64,000 bases of DNA from Malacoraja senta (lineage: Eukaryota). Position numbers and translations under genes: made by a program. The notes beneath the pieces were generated by a model that worked only from the letters and a program-made list of their open reading frames with translations, was not told where the DNA came from and made no database searches. The stretch is from NCBI GenBank assembly GCA_038087875.1, contig CM075989.1, positions 24,740,001 through 24,804,000 of the forward strand, written 5' to 3'. Shown in pieces: positions 26,395-38,760 of the stretch; within the stretch, counting starts at the first letter, position 1; each line of letters begins with the position of its first letter.

Positions 26395-26706
26395 TTTAGT
26401 TTAGAGATACAGCACGGAAACAGGCCCTTCAGCCCACCTAGTCCATGCTGACCAGCGATCCCCGCACACTAGTGCCGTCCTAAACACACATAGACATCTC
26501 CCATGAGGTCGCAAAACGCAGGCTTCAGGTCGGCTACAACCCTGCATGTCCATGGAGTGTGGGAGGAAACCAGAGCACCCGGAGAAAACCCACGCAGTCA
26601 CAGCGAGAAAGTACAAACTCCAGACAGACAGCACCCGAGGTCAGGATCGAACCTGGGTCTCTGGCGCTGTGAGGCAGCAACTCTACCGCTGCGCCATCGT
26701 GCCGTC
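26395..26706 (-). mobile_element. Full-length HE1 V-SINE
   Basis: Minus strand GGGACGGCACGATGGCGCAGCGGTAGAG..CCCAGGTTCGATCC (A/B boxes) through to the (CTAAA)n tail. Confidence 0.85.
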
Positions 26707-27217
26707 CCCTATGCACCCAGAGTGATTTGGGTTTGTGATGTGGGATTAGAATCAATTTTAATCCATCTTAGAAATAGTAAAGGGCAGACAATATCAGTAA
26801 GATTTATTTATAGGCTAACAAATAGTGGTTACAATATTGGGCATGGCATAAATCAAACATTTAGAGATGCTTGAACTTAGGAGACTTGAACCTAAATATA
26901 GACTACACAGAGCCAATGTACTGTAATACTGTAAGGAGGAGAATGGATTGTATGCGTGATGCTTTTCTGCAGCAACATGTGGAGGAAGCAACCTGGGAAA
27001 AAGGTTTTTTTAATTGTCTTTTGTGCAATAATAAAGGGATCATTATTGTAAAGGTGCCCTTTAATCTGGGGTACTTTGCAGTGCGGAATATATAGGGTGA
27101 ATGCCCAGGATAGAGGAATCAAAGGTCTTTTACCTAGGATAGCGGAATCAAACACAATGAGGACAAATGTTTAAGGTGAGAAGGGCAAATGATTCAAACA
27201 TGCCTGGCCAAATGATT

Positions 27218-27315
27218 CAGTGTGAAGAAGGGTCCTGACCTGAAACGTCACCCATTCCTTCTCTCCAGAGATGCTGCCCATCCCGCTGAGTTACTCCAGC
27301 ATTTCGTGTCTATCT
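27218..27315 (+). mobile_element. Solo Penelope pLTR-derived insert with 13-bp target-site duplication
   Basis: TGGCCAAATGATT (27205-27217) and TGGCCAAAAGATT (27316-27328); the insert begins just 5' of the hammerhead core. Confidence 0.8.
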
Positions 27316-27477
27316 TGGCCAAAAGATTACACTGGACCAGATCTGGCAATACCAAACCTGCTTCCTTCATTATCACAGCAGCACAGTCGTAGTGGTAAAA
27401 CTATAACATGTATCCTGTAGATTACGGAGGCAATAAAGAAGAGGAAGACAAATGGAATATGTTTAAAACGCATCGCA

Positions 27478-27835
27478 ATAAATCGCAGAGAGTTGTGGAC
27501 GCAGCCCAGGACCATCACACAATCCACCCTCCCTTTCATCGACTCCATCTGCACCTCACGCTGCCTCGGCAAGGCCATCAGCATAATCAAGGACCAGTCT
27601 CACCCCGGTCACTCCCTCTTCTCCCCTCTCCCATCAGGCAAGAGGTACGGAAGTGTGAAAACGCACACCTCCAGATTCAGGGACAGTTTCTTCCCGGCTG
27701 TTATCAAGCAACTGAACCATCCTCTCACCAAACTAGAGAGCGGTCCTGACCTCCCATCTACCTTGTTGGAGACCTTTGAACTATCTTTAATCGGACTTTA
27801 CTGGACTTTATTTTGCATTAAACTTTATACCCTTT
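27478..27835 (+). mobile_element. Rex1-type LINE 3' end (host of nested insertions; tail continues at 28367-28456 and 29362-29420)
   Basis: TSRCLGKAISIIKDQSHPGHSLFSPLPSGKRY..RFRDSFFPAVIKQLN. Confidence 0.8.
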
Positions 27836-28366
27836 CATCATCTTCATCATCAAGCGGTCACTCGAAACGAGTATGACTGCCCTCTCCTCTCCATAGGGTC
27901 GTCTAGTTGTGGGTCTGCAGATGTCTGTAGAGGCCGATCCGTGATCCACACACCTTGGTGCAACGTGGGCAGTGGAGACTGGCGGTGGTTGGTAGTCGTC
28001 GAGCCCCCTTCTCTCTCTCCTTACGGTGCTGTTGCTTTGTCTCTGCGACACGGCGTAGTTCCGTTTCGTGACGTGCAGCTCCTTCCTGCACGGATTTCCT
28101 CCAGGAGCTCCTGTCCAGTGCAATGTGCTCCCAGTTGCTCGATGTGATGTGTAATTTCTTCAGACTGTTCTTGATGTTGTCCTTGAAGCGTTTCTTTGGC
28201 CCACCGGGGCTCGCCAACCTTCCTTCAGTTGAGAGTACAGGATGTGTTTAGGGAGACGTGTGTTGGACATGCGGATGACATGGCCAGTCCATTGAAGTTG
28301 GTGCTGCATTGTTGTGGTGGTGATACTGGTCATGGTGGCTTCCTCCAAAACGCTGATGTTGGTGCG
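27836..28366 (-). mobile_element. RTE/BovB-like LINE 3' fragment with C-terminal zinc finger and 72-bp target-site duplication
   Basis: QLQWTGHVIRMSNTRLPKHILYSQL..GGPKKRFKD..CPRCTKVCGSRIGLYRHLQTH; (GAT)n tail; direct repeat 27764-27835 / 28367-28438. Confidence 0.9.
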
Positions 28367-28456
28367 TGTTGGAGACCTTTGAACTATCTTTAATCAGACT
28401 TTACTGGACTTGATTTTGCATTAAACTTTATACCCTTTATCATGTAGCTGCACACC

Positions 28457-29361
28457 TGTACATGGTACTAACACCATCATCAAGTATGCAGATGATACAA
28501 CGGTGATTGGCCTCATCAGCAACAACGATGAGTCGGCCTATAGGGAGGAGGTCCAGCTCCTAGCAGCATGGTGCGCTGACAACAACCTGGCCCTTAACTC
28601 CAAGAAGACCAAGGAGCTCATTGTAGACTTCAGGAAGTCTAGGGGCGGCATGCACACCCCCATCCACATTAACGGGAGGGAGGTGGAACGTGTTTCCAGC
28701 TTCAGGTTCCTGGGGGTCAACATCTCCGATGACCTCTCTTGGACCAACAATACCTCAACTCTGGTCAAGAAGGCTCACCAGCGTCTCTTCTTCCTGAGGA
28801 GACTAAAGAAGGTCCATCTGTCTCCTCGGATTCTGGTGAACTTCTACCGCTGCACCATCGAGAGCATCCTTACCAACTGCATCACAGTATGGTATGGCAA
28901 CTGCTCTGTCTCCGACCGGAAAGCACTGCAGAGGGTGGTGAAAATTGCCCAACGCATCACCGGTTCCTCACTCCCCACCATTGAGTCTGTCCAAAGCAAG
29001 CGTTGTCTGCGAAGGGCGCTCAGCATCGCCAAGGACTGCTCTCACCCAACCACAGACTGTTTACCCTCCTACCATCCGGGAGGCGCTACAGGTCTCTCCG
29101 TTGCCGGACCAGCAGGTCCAGGAACAGCTTCTTCCCTGCGGCGGTTACACTACTCAACACTGTACCTCGGTGACTGCCAATCACAACCCCCCCCCCCCCC
29201 CCCCCCCGGACACTCCTCCCACCAGGATTTATTAGATTAGATTTATTTATTTACTGCTCATATTTATGTCGCTCTTCTAGGGAGATGCTAACTGCATTTC
29301 GTTGTCTCTGTACTGTACACTGCACAATGACAATAAAGTTGAATCTGAATCTGAATCTGAA
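28457..29361 (+). mobile_element. Young Rex1/Babar LINE, 5'-truncated
   Basis: IIKYADDTTVIGLI, KTKELIVDFRK, KKAHQRLFFLRRL, FYRCTIESILT; frameshift near 29048; AATAAA then (GAATCT)n tail. Confidence 0.92.
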
Positions 29362-30034
29362 GCATGCAACAAAAAGCTTATCACTGTACCTCGGTAAACG
29401 TGACAGTAAAGTAAACTAGACACATAAAGAAATACCCTGGTGACAGAGATGTGACCATGGTACCATCCATCACATTGATGGTGCTGCTCCTGAATGATTG
29501 TATTAGTTCCAATTTAAGAGATTCTATTCAGGCACCGATCCTACATGTTAAAAATAACTGTGAGCCAAACAAAGCCTGACCTACATTGAACAGTAAAGTA
29601 GGCCAGTTATCTTGTTCTGACATCGCCATCTCCTGAGCTTCCCGCTGTGCTCCGATCTAACTACGCTACACTTGGCTTAGAGATCCACTAAATCAATGTG
29701 AAGCCTGGCATTCCTTTGAAAATGCAGACAAACATATGACGGAGGCTGCATTTCAGCTAATACATCGTCTCCTGCATTTCTTTCTTTAAAATTATCACTG
29801 AATTCTGAGCTTGCTGCTTTCATGAAGACAAAGGATCGTGCCGATGGAATGTGGAGCAGAATGCTGGAAGAACTCTGTAATCAACAGCATCTGTGGAGAT
29901 AAAAGCTATCAACGACCCACCCTCTGCCTCCACAAATACTGCTTCACCAAATCTATCCTTGCAGTGTTTTGTTTATTTGTACCTGTCCAGTTTCCATTGT
30001 AGTCTTGGAGTAATTCACACCTTATAACACTGCC

Positions 30035-30490
30035 CGTATTCGATCCTGACTACGGGTGCTGTCTGTAAGCAGTTTGTACATTCTCCTTGTGAACGTGTGG
30101 GTTTTCCCTGGGTGCTCCAGTTTCCTCCCACATTCTAAAGACGTGCGGGTTTGTAAGTTAATTGGCTTCTGTTAATTGCCCGTTGTGTGTAGGATAGAAC
30201 TAGTGAACGGGTGTGATCGCTGTTCGGTGTGGACTCGGTGGCCGATGGGCCTGTTTCCATGCTGTATCTTTAAATTAAACTAAAGTTGTATATAGATGCA
30301 TGTTAGTTTAGTTCAGAGATATTAGCATGGAAACAGGCCCTTCGGCCCACTGAGTCCATGCCCACCAGTGATCACCGCACACTAATACTATCCCATACAC
30401 ACTAGGGCCAATTTTACACCAAGCCTATTTACCTACAAACCTGTAAGTCTTTGGAGTGTGGAAGGAAACTGATCTCAGAGAAAATTCACA
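30035..30490. mobile_element. Tail-to-tail pair of HE1 V-SINEs
   Basis: Plus copy to about 30285, minus copy from about 30303. Confidence 0.75.
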
Positions 30491-32026
30491 TAATAAGTGA
30501 TAGGATGAGCAGAATCAGGCCATTCGGCCCATCATGTCTACTCCGCCATTCAATCATGGCCGATCTATCTCTCCCTCCTAACCCCATTCTCCTGCGTTCT
30601 CCCCACAACCCCTGACACCTGAACTGATCAAGAATCTATCTATCTCTGCCTTAAGAATATCCATATCCAATATTCCCCAGCCCGTCATTCACATATTCCT
30701 ACCATTGAATCAATTTGCTTTGCGATTATTTGTCTCTCTGCAGTGGAAAGTTACCAGTTACATGCTGGAACAAGAAGAGGCATACGTTTCTGTGCCATTT
30801 CAGTTTGAGTTTCAGTTTTCAACTAATAACATCAGAGGAGATGTACTTTTAATTGAATCAATGGGAGAATCTCCGATGCTTAAATGAGGTGATGTGAAAC
30901 CGGGCTGCGACTTTGGGTCAGTTTCTGTGTTAGCGTGAGATCACAGTCAGTGTGAACATGCCAATTCAACAGAGACTTTATCTGTACAGTCTGAAGATCT
31001 CATTGCATTTAAACAGGAAAAAAAATACTACTCAAGATAGACACAGAGTGCTGGAGTAACTCAACGGGTCAGACAGCATCACTGGAGAACATGGATAGAT
31101 GTTATTTAATCCTGCTTGCCATGGTCAATGGGCTCAGGAATCGCGACTTATGTCGCCTGCTACAGCCCGAGAGGAAGCCATGATTCTGGGCTGCTGTAAG
31201 TTGATTAAAGCAGGCGGTGGGTGGTATGACTGGTGCCATGTGTGCACGATAACACCATCAGGGGGAGGGTTGGAGTGACCTATAGCCATTTCCACCACAA
31301 CACCAGCGGTAAGCATTGCACCACCCCGCTCTCTGCTGCCACTGCCTAGTTGCCGCACTGCGCCAGCAATGCAATTAACTGGATCTACCTTATACCTCAT
31401 GGCTGGTCACATCAACAGGATCAATAGGATCAATAGCTGAGATGTAAGATTGCTGGCTGGAGTGGAGTGCTGGAGTGGAGACGATATTGATGAAGCATTA
31501 AACTATTGTACTTATTGGCGTGAGGTGCCTGTGGCGGAAGGGAGTTGCCAGCATCAAGGGCAATACCATTCAGTCATCTCCAACATCAGATCTATTACCT
31601 CATCTTTGCATTCACTGATATATAATTCATGATGACATTTGGTATTTGACCTCTCCTGGAGTATCCTTTTTCCATTCACGAAAGCAACCTGATTCAGGGA
31701 AATATTGAATGACATGAATTATAAATGACTTCATTGATAGCTTAGTGCATTTCCTCTCTCAGTGTCTCCTGACATATGACCTCTGATAATAGATTGGGTG
31801 GGTGGGGTGGGGGTGAGAAGTGGAAGTGGGCTCTTCTGGGAGTTTGGTTTTCGCTGGGTAGTTCAGCATCCTGGGTTAATAAACATCTGTCTCCTTGAAC
31901 AGCTTCAGATGGGATAGGGGCCACAGAAACGGCACTCGTATATTGAGCACAGGTTGAAGGCAAGATAGGCAGCCTGGCTACAATCAAACTGAGTCAACAA
32001 ATCTTAGCAAAGAGAGGTCAAATAAT

Positions 32027-32637
32027 CATAGAACATAGATGTACAACACAGGAACAGGCCCTTCGGCCCACAATGTCTGTCCTGTACATGATGCCAAGAC
32101 CAATTCTTATCTGATGCACAAAACCAATATCCATCCATTCTCGATACGATACAACTTTATTTATCCCGGAGAGAACTTGGTCTACCGACAGTCAAAAGAT
32201 GCAGTTACATGGCATTGAAGGTGCCATGTGCATTATAATAATAATGAAATTCAAGTAACCAGTTATTGTACAGCACATATCCACCTGCCTGTCTAAAAGT
32301 CAATTAAACACCACTATCGTATCTGCCTCCACCACCACCCCTGGCAGCGCGTTCCAGGCCCCCACCAACCTCTGTGTAAGAAACTTGCCCCGCACATCTC
32401 CTTTAAACTTTACCCCTCTCACCTTAAAGCTGTGCCCCCTAGTATTCGAGATTTCTTTCCTGGGACAAAAGGTTCTGACTGTCTACCCCATCTACGCATC
32501 TCATAATTTTATAAACTTCTATCAGGTCTCCCCTCAACATCCAACGTTGCAAAGAAAACAATGCAAGTCTGTCCAACCTCTCCCTGTAGTTAGTACCCCC
32601 TAACCCAGGCATCATTGTGGTAAACCTCCTCCGCACC
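32027..32637 (-). mobile_element. CR1 3' fragment, interrupted at about 32143-32275
   Basis: RRFTTMMPGL..YRERLDRLALFSL..LRGDLIEVYKIM; (TTCTATG)n tail. Confidence 0.8.
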
Positions 32638-32807
32638 TTTGCTCCACATCTGGAGGAGCTTCAGGAAGTTGTTGCCAAGCAGATGTTGATACCAAAATTC
32701 CGAGGCGGGAGATTGGTCCAAGTTATTGGGTTTAGATAATATTTTAAGGAAGAAAAGTGACAGGAAGAGATGTCTCTTTGAGACATGTTAGAATGAGAGG
32801 TCAGTCT

Positions 32808-33138
32808 AACAATGAACCATTCTACATTTCCTTGATCACCGTCCCTTTTGATCTGTGTTTTCACAACTTACTCTTCCGTATCTCTTTGTCTCCTTCTCCC
32901 CTGATTTTCAGTCTGTAGAAGGGTCCCAACCCAAAACGCCACCTATCCATGTTCTCCAGAGATGCTGCCTGACCCGCTGAGTTACTCCAGCACTCTGTGA
33001 AACGTCACCTATCCATGTTCTCCAGAGATGCTGCCTGACCCGCTGAGTTACTCCAGCACTCTGTGAAACGCCACCTATCCATGTTCTCCACAGATGCTGC
33101 CTGACCCGCTGAGTTATTCCATCACTCTGTGCCTCTCT
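32808..33138 (+). mobile_element. Penelope 3' UTR/pLTR with 3 tandem 66-bp units (32933-33130)
   Basis: Unit GAAACGTCACCTATCCATGTTCTCCAGAGATGCTGCCTGACCCGCTGAGTTACTCCAGCACTCTGT. Confidence 0.85.
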
Positions 33139-33729
33139 GTGTGCAACATCAGACCTTGTTTGCGTACGTTGTCTTTTCAGTCCCCTCTCATCTAGATATT
33201 ATAACAGAGCACACACTGAGAGCTTCACATTTTTTATTTAATCATATTTAAACGAGGCAACTCTAATTTGATTACACATCTCTGCCTCTGTAGTTTGTTC
33301 GTTTCCGGACGGCCGCTCCCACGTAACTTGTGATCGGGCGACCGTCAGTTCAAATCTGGAAGTCAGAGTATTTTTTAACCTTTATGGGACATGGTGAGCT
33401 GAGACCATATTTATTGCCGATTCTTCACAGCCGCTGAGAGGAGCTTGTGGTGGACTGCTAGAGCATGATGACAGAGGAATACAAGAACCAGGGGCAGGAG
33501 TTGACCTCATGGCCTCTGGGTGGGTCACTGGCCATCTGTAAAATCTTGCTTGATCTGGGGTCACAGCTGCCCCATAACCCATAATGTTCAATTCACTTGT
33601 GCTCCAAAACTCCACCGTGAATGACTGCACTCCATTGCTGGAGGTAATTTCGTAACTTTGTTGAGTGGGACGGTTAGATTTCAAACATAAGAACAGTGAA
33701 GGAATGTCAATTCAGGAGAGTTGCAATAG

Positions 33730-34520
33730 ATGGCAGCATGGGTGGAGCAGCGGTAGAGTTAGTGCCTCACGGCACCAGAGACCCGGGAATCCTGACTACG
33801 GGTGCTGTCTGTACGGAGTTTGCACGCTCTCCCGATGACTGCGTGGGTTGCTCCAGTTTCCGCCTTCATCCCAAAGATGTACAGGTTTGTAGGTTAATTG
33901 GCTTCGGTAAAATTGCAAATTGTTCCGAGTGTGCAGAATAGTGTAAAGGGCCTGTCCCACGAGCATGCGACTGCATGCGGCAAGCGCGACCAAACCGGAA
34001 GCGGGGGCCGCGCGGAGGTCGAGTGATCCCCGTAGAGGGCCGGTCCCACCAGCATGCGACTACATGCGGCGAGCGCGAGCAAACCGGAAGCGGAGGCCGC
34101 GCGGAGGTCGAGTGATTGACGTGAAGTTCGAGCGAAGTCCGCGGGAAGTTCGCGCGTGACGTACGGCGTCAAGACGCTGCGTACGGCGTCGAGACGCTGC
34201 GCACGCCCGTCGAGGCGGTGCGTACGGCCTCAATACGGCTGCGGGCTGGCAGGCCGTTGCCGCGGAATATTTGGACAGTGTCAGTTTTTCGGAGCCCCGC
34301 GTGATGTCGGGACCAGCTCCGCACAACTCCATGCGGCTCCGGCGATCGAAGTGGGACCGGCCCCGCGAGGCCGCACGGCTCAAGCGACCACGTTAGGTCG
34401 CGCTTGCCGCATGCAGTCGCATGCTCGTGGGACAGGCCCTTTAGTGTACAGAGTGATCACTGGGCTGCATGGACTCAGTGGGCCGAAGGGCATGTTTCTG
34501 CGCTGTATCTCTAAAGTCTA
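33730..34520 (+). mobile_element. HE1 V-SINE split by a Harbinger-type MITE
   Basis: SINE sequence ..GAATAGTG | TTAGTGTACAGAGTGATC.. resumes after the MITE. Confidence 0.8.
33947..34440. mobile_element. PIF/Harbinger-type MITE, CpG-rich, with perfect 45-bp TIRs
   Basis: AGGGCCTGTCCCACGAGCATGCGACTGCATGCGGCAAGCGCGACC at both ends, inverted; flanks TAA and TTA; degenerate internal copy of the left end at about 34036-34115. Confidence 0.88.
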
Positions 34521-35206
34521 TACACCTTCCTCTGCTATTATTGCTTTAAGACGTTGCTTAAAAACCTTTATTGACCAAGCTTTTACTGCCAATACCAAGG
34601 ATGCCTTAAGTGACCTGATATCATATTAACTTTATGATGCTCTTGCCATCAATAAAGTATGTTTGACATGCCTCTATCTTTACACAGGAACTCCAGCACT
34701 CAAGCTCCGAGAGCTAGCTCCCTCAAAACAAACTGCAACAGTGAGACGATACCCTGTACGTTTACAGATGTTAGAGGTGTAGATTGTGTGGCGAGCTGCT
34801 CAAAGCCTCTATGTTAAGGGTGTGATCACATTGTGTTTAATACCATCATTGATCGCTGATTGTAACTCAAGGCACATGTGGATTTTTGGTCATTTCACAA
34901 CCGGTCTATTTTACTTTCCACTAAAGAGGAAAAATGATCAGGGTTTATAATAACATGGGGCTGCAACCTGCCAGGCACATGGTGTTCAATTCATCCCCTT
35001 GGTATTGAGCTCCGGTCCCAGAGGTCAGAGATTCAACTATTCCTGGTAACTTGTGAACTGATCCCAGGAAATACCCTGAAATACAATTGCAGCTACTTCC
35101 AGGAAGGGGTTTTACGACCCAGTCTGGTCATCAACTCGTCTCAGTCCACCATGTAGCTGGCTTGAATACCCTTAGACAGACAGCCAGGGTGAGGACATTG
35201 TCTGTG

Positions 35207-35577
35207 GATAGACACAAAATGCTGGAGTAACTCAGCGGGACAGGCAGCATCTCTGGAGAAAAGGAATAGGTGACGTTTCGGGTCGAAACCTTTCTTCAGA
35301 CTGAAAGTCAGAGGAAAGGAAAACAAGAGATATAGATGGTGATGTAGAGAGGTATAGAACAAATAAATGTTCTATGACTTTTTTGCATATCTTTCATTCA
35401 TTTTTTCAATATCTCTATATCACGGTCTATATCTCCCGTTTGCCTTCCCCTAATACTCGGTCTGAAGAAACATCACCTATCCCTTTTCTACAGAGATGCT
35501 GTCTGACCCGCTAAATTACTCCAGCATTTTGTGTCTATCTTCGGTGTAAACCAGCATCTGCAGTTCCTTCCTACACA
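35207..35577. mobile_element. Palindromic Penelope element including 3' UTR on both arms
   Basis: Minus arm 35207-35370, plus arm about 35380-35577. Confidence 0.8.
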
Positions 35578-35599
35578 GGCCATTGACTCTGATCTTTCC

Positions 35600-35800
35600 C
35601 ACACATCAAATATCGAGGACGGGCCACGTGGGGGCCGGAGGCAGGAACTGCCGGCAAGAACAAAGGGGGACCCGGCGTGGGGGTCAAAATGGGAAATAAT
35701 TGTAACTTTGGCGGAGTCCTTTGCACACCTTGGGTATGCAAAACAAATATCACTGTGACTTGTCACATGTGACAATAAAGTATCAGTCATTCATTCGTTC
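35600..35800 (+). mobile_element. Non-coding retroposon fragment with a Rex1-type tail
   Basis: GC-rich body, then TCACTGTGACTTGTCACATGTGACAATAAAG and (CATT)n. Confidence 0.55.
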
Positions 35801-36162
35801 AAAAAACATTTACAGCAATAACTGATGGAACTTAGAAAAGAAAATAGGTGCAGGAGGAGGCCATTTGGCCCTTTGAGCCAGCACCGCCAACTGGATTGCC
35901 AACTGGATTGTCAGTGGAAGGCTAAGGTGGTTGTGTTCCAATGTATGGAGGTAAATCAAAGCCATGGAAAGTGAGTTCTGAGATTATTTTCACCGCCATT
36001 AGCCATTTGTTAGTAATAACTCTTTCCACATCTCTAATGTATGTTGTCAGAGCTGAACAACATGCTTTGTGCAAAGCGCCCAGACTTATAGAGACTTGCA
36101 TCTATGGAGACTTTCAGAATCTCACAATACCTCAGATTACTTTGCAGCCAGGTTTAAAGCAC

Positions 36163-36475
36163 AGTTTAGTTTAGTTTGATTTAGTTTAGAGATACAGCGT
36201 GGAAACAGGTTATTCGGCCCACCGAGTCCGTGCCAACCAGGGATCACCCCGCCACACTTACACTATCCTACACACATTTGTGACAATTTATAATTGTACC
36301 AAGCCAATCAACGTACAAACCTGTACGTCTTTGGAGTGTGGGAGGAAACTGGAGTATCCGGAGAAAACCCACACGGTCACGGGAGAACGTACAAACTCCC
36401 GTACAGACAGCACCCGTGGTCAGGATCGAACCCGGGTCTATGAGGCAGCAAACTCTACCGCTGTGCCACTGTGTC
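36163..36475 (-). mobile_element. HE1 V-SINE
   Basis: (TTTAG)n tail, V-core and head. Confidence 0.85.
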
Positions 36476-36580
36476 GCGCAGCAGGGGAGAAGGAGTGGGA
36501 GTGATCTACTGTGTAAAGAGCTGGTGCAGAAACAATGGGCTGAATGGCCTGTTTTGCTCTGATTCTGTGACACTTAGCTC

Positions 36581-37405
36581 CCCTATACATCAACGGCGAG
36601 TGTGTGGAGAGGGTCTACACCTTCCGGTTTCTCGGCGTCCTCATCTCCGCTGACATCTCCTGGACAGACAACATCACAGCGGTCATCAAGAAGGCTCAGC
36701 AGCGGCTGCACTTCCTGAGGGTCCTCAGGAAGTACAACCTGGACTCCAACCTGCTGCTGACCTTCTACCGCTCGTCCATTGAGAGCCTGCTGACATACTG
36801 CATTACAGCATGGTACGGCAGCTGCACCATGGCAGACAGGGAGAGGCTTCAGAGGGTAGTTAGGGCAGCACAGAAGATCATTGGCTGCCCTCTCCCCTCC
36901 CTGATGGACATTTACACCTCCCGCTGCCTCAGCAGGGCGAAGAACATCATCAAGGACAGCTCCCATCCTGCGTTTGGCCTGTTTGACCTGCTGCCCTCAG
37001 GGAGGCGCTATAGGTGCATCAGAACAAGGACAAATAGACTCAAGAACAGTTGCTTTCCAAAAGCCATAACCTCTCTGAACTCACACATGCACTGACTTCA
37101 CAGCTTAACCCCCGGACTTCCATCTATCCACCTACTGTAATTTGTACTGTAACTGTAATTTTTAATATGTGCAATAACCCATACTGTATATAAGAATCCT
37201 ATTTATTCACTCTATTTACCCATTGTCTTTTTATAGATATGTATATAGCGCCGCAGAGCTGTGCACCTTATCCCCCCACCCCCCCCCCCCCCTTTTGTTT
37301 TGTTTTTTTGTTTTTTGAACTAACTACATGTCTGCACTGAGTACGAGCTGCTTTTAATCTCATTGTACACGTGTATAGTGACAATAAAATGGCATTCATT
37401 CATTT
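36581..37405 (+). mobile_element. Young Rex1/Babar LINE 3' end, ORF open to its stop at 37095
   Basis: FRFLGVLISADISW, KKAQQRLHFLR, FYRSSIESLLTYCIT, LLPSGRRYR; ACAATAAA then (CATT)n tail. Confidence 0.92.
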
Positions 37406-38026
37406 ATCCTCAAACAAAACATAAAAGAAGATTTGTATTTTTCTGATGCCTTTCAGAACCTCAAGGAGTGTAGAATGTTTCAACATGCAAGTGTGTTTGT
37501 AGAAGAAAAGGAGGCAGGCTTTTAACACCCCTGGTATTTGTTTGAGTTTTATGTTCAGAATAAACCTTTCTGTTGGAATATATATTCAGGAAACACAAAC
37601 GTGTTGCTTTCTGTTCTGAAGCCGTTCAATTTTGCTTCAAACAGAAATGTACATTTTTGGAGTTTTAGAGTTTTGCACAAGGGATTTTAACATTTGTTCA
37701 TTTCGAGAAGAAAAGACTAAGACATTGATATAAATTCATACACATACATGTCTGTTTAAAACAGCTGCTCTTTCTGCAGTTTATATGTTAAAATCCAAAA
37801 TAATCATTCATTCTTAAAGTAAGACCTGTTTATACAGCTGTGGTGTAAAAGGCAAACACTACTTATGAAGGCTTAAGATAGTTCTTTCCAAATGCAGTCA
37901 GTGGGGCCCTGCACTGCCATGTTTTCCTGCACATCGCCACTTCAGTATCTAGATATAAACATCAAATATATACTTGTTCAGTGCAACCTTGCCTCATTGT
38001 GTACTGGGATAAAATGGACCATTTTG

Positions 38027-38310
38027 CAGTTTAATTTAGAGATACAGCACGGAAAGAGGCCCTTTGGCCCACCGAGTCCGTGCAGACCAGCGATCACCCT
38101 GTACACTCGTTCTATCCTACGCACTAGGGACAATTTACAATTTTAACCAAAGCCAATTAACCTACAAACCTGAACGTGTTTGGAGTGTGGGAGGAAACCG
38201 GAGCACCCGGAGAAAAGCCACATACAGAGAGCACCCTTAATTAGCATTGAACTCGGGTCTCTGGTGCTGCAAGCGTTGTAAGGCAGCAACTCTACCGCTG
38301 TGCCACCATG
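38027..38310 (-). mobile_element. HE1 V-SINE
   Basis: Tail, core and head match. Confidence 0.8.
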
Positions 38311-38367
38311 CTGCATCAGTTGGTTCCGGCCTGGTGCAAGGTGCCACACAGTTTGCCCACTTCTCTC

Positions 38368-38760
38368 TACAACATTGACTTCTCTAACTTCAAATAACCC
38401 CTGCATCCCCCTTCCCTCCATCCATCCCCCACCCTAGATGTTGTACGAGTTTTACTGTGGTCTCATTGAGATCCTCTGTCTATATAACTAGTTGTCATCC
38501 TATCCCACGGCTAACGATGGTCTATTGTGTGCCCCACATCTCCTTGATCATCGTTGCTATTTACATATCATCCATTTCTCCTAAGTACTGTCTATGGATA
38601 TCTCACGTTTCCCTTTCCCCTGACTCTCAGTTTGAAGAAAAGTCTTGACCCGAAACATTCCCCATTCTTTTTCTCCAGAATGCTGCCTGACCCGCTGAAT
38701 TACTCTAGCCTTTTGTGTCTGTCTTTGGTTTAAACCAGCAACTGCAGTTCCTCCCTGTAC
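38368..38760 (+). mobile_element. Continuous Penelope 3' end: ORF stop, 3' UTR and pLTR
   Basis: AACATTGACTTCTCTAACTTCAAATAA (NIDFSNFK*), C-rich UTR, then CAGTTTGAAGAAAAGTCTTGACCCGAAAC.. to GCAGTTCCT. Confidence 0.8.

Noticed and set aside
26630..26706. tRNA-like sequences with A/B boxes (many copies)
   Set aside because: They are SINE heads continuing into the V-domain, not tRNA genes
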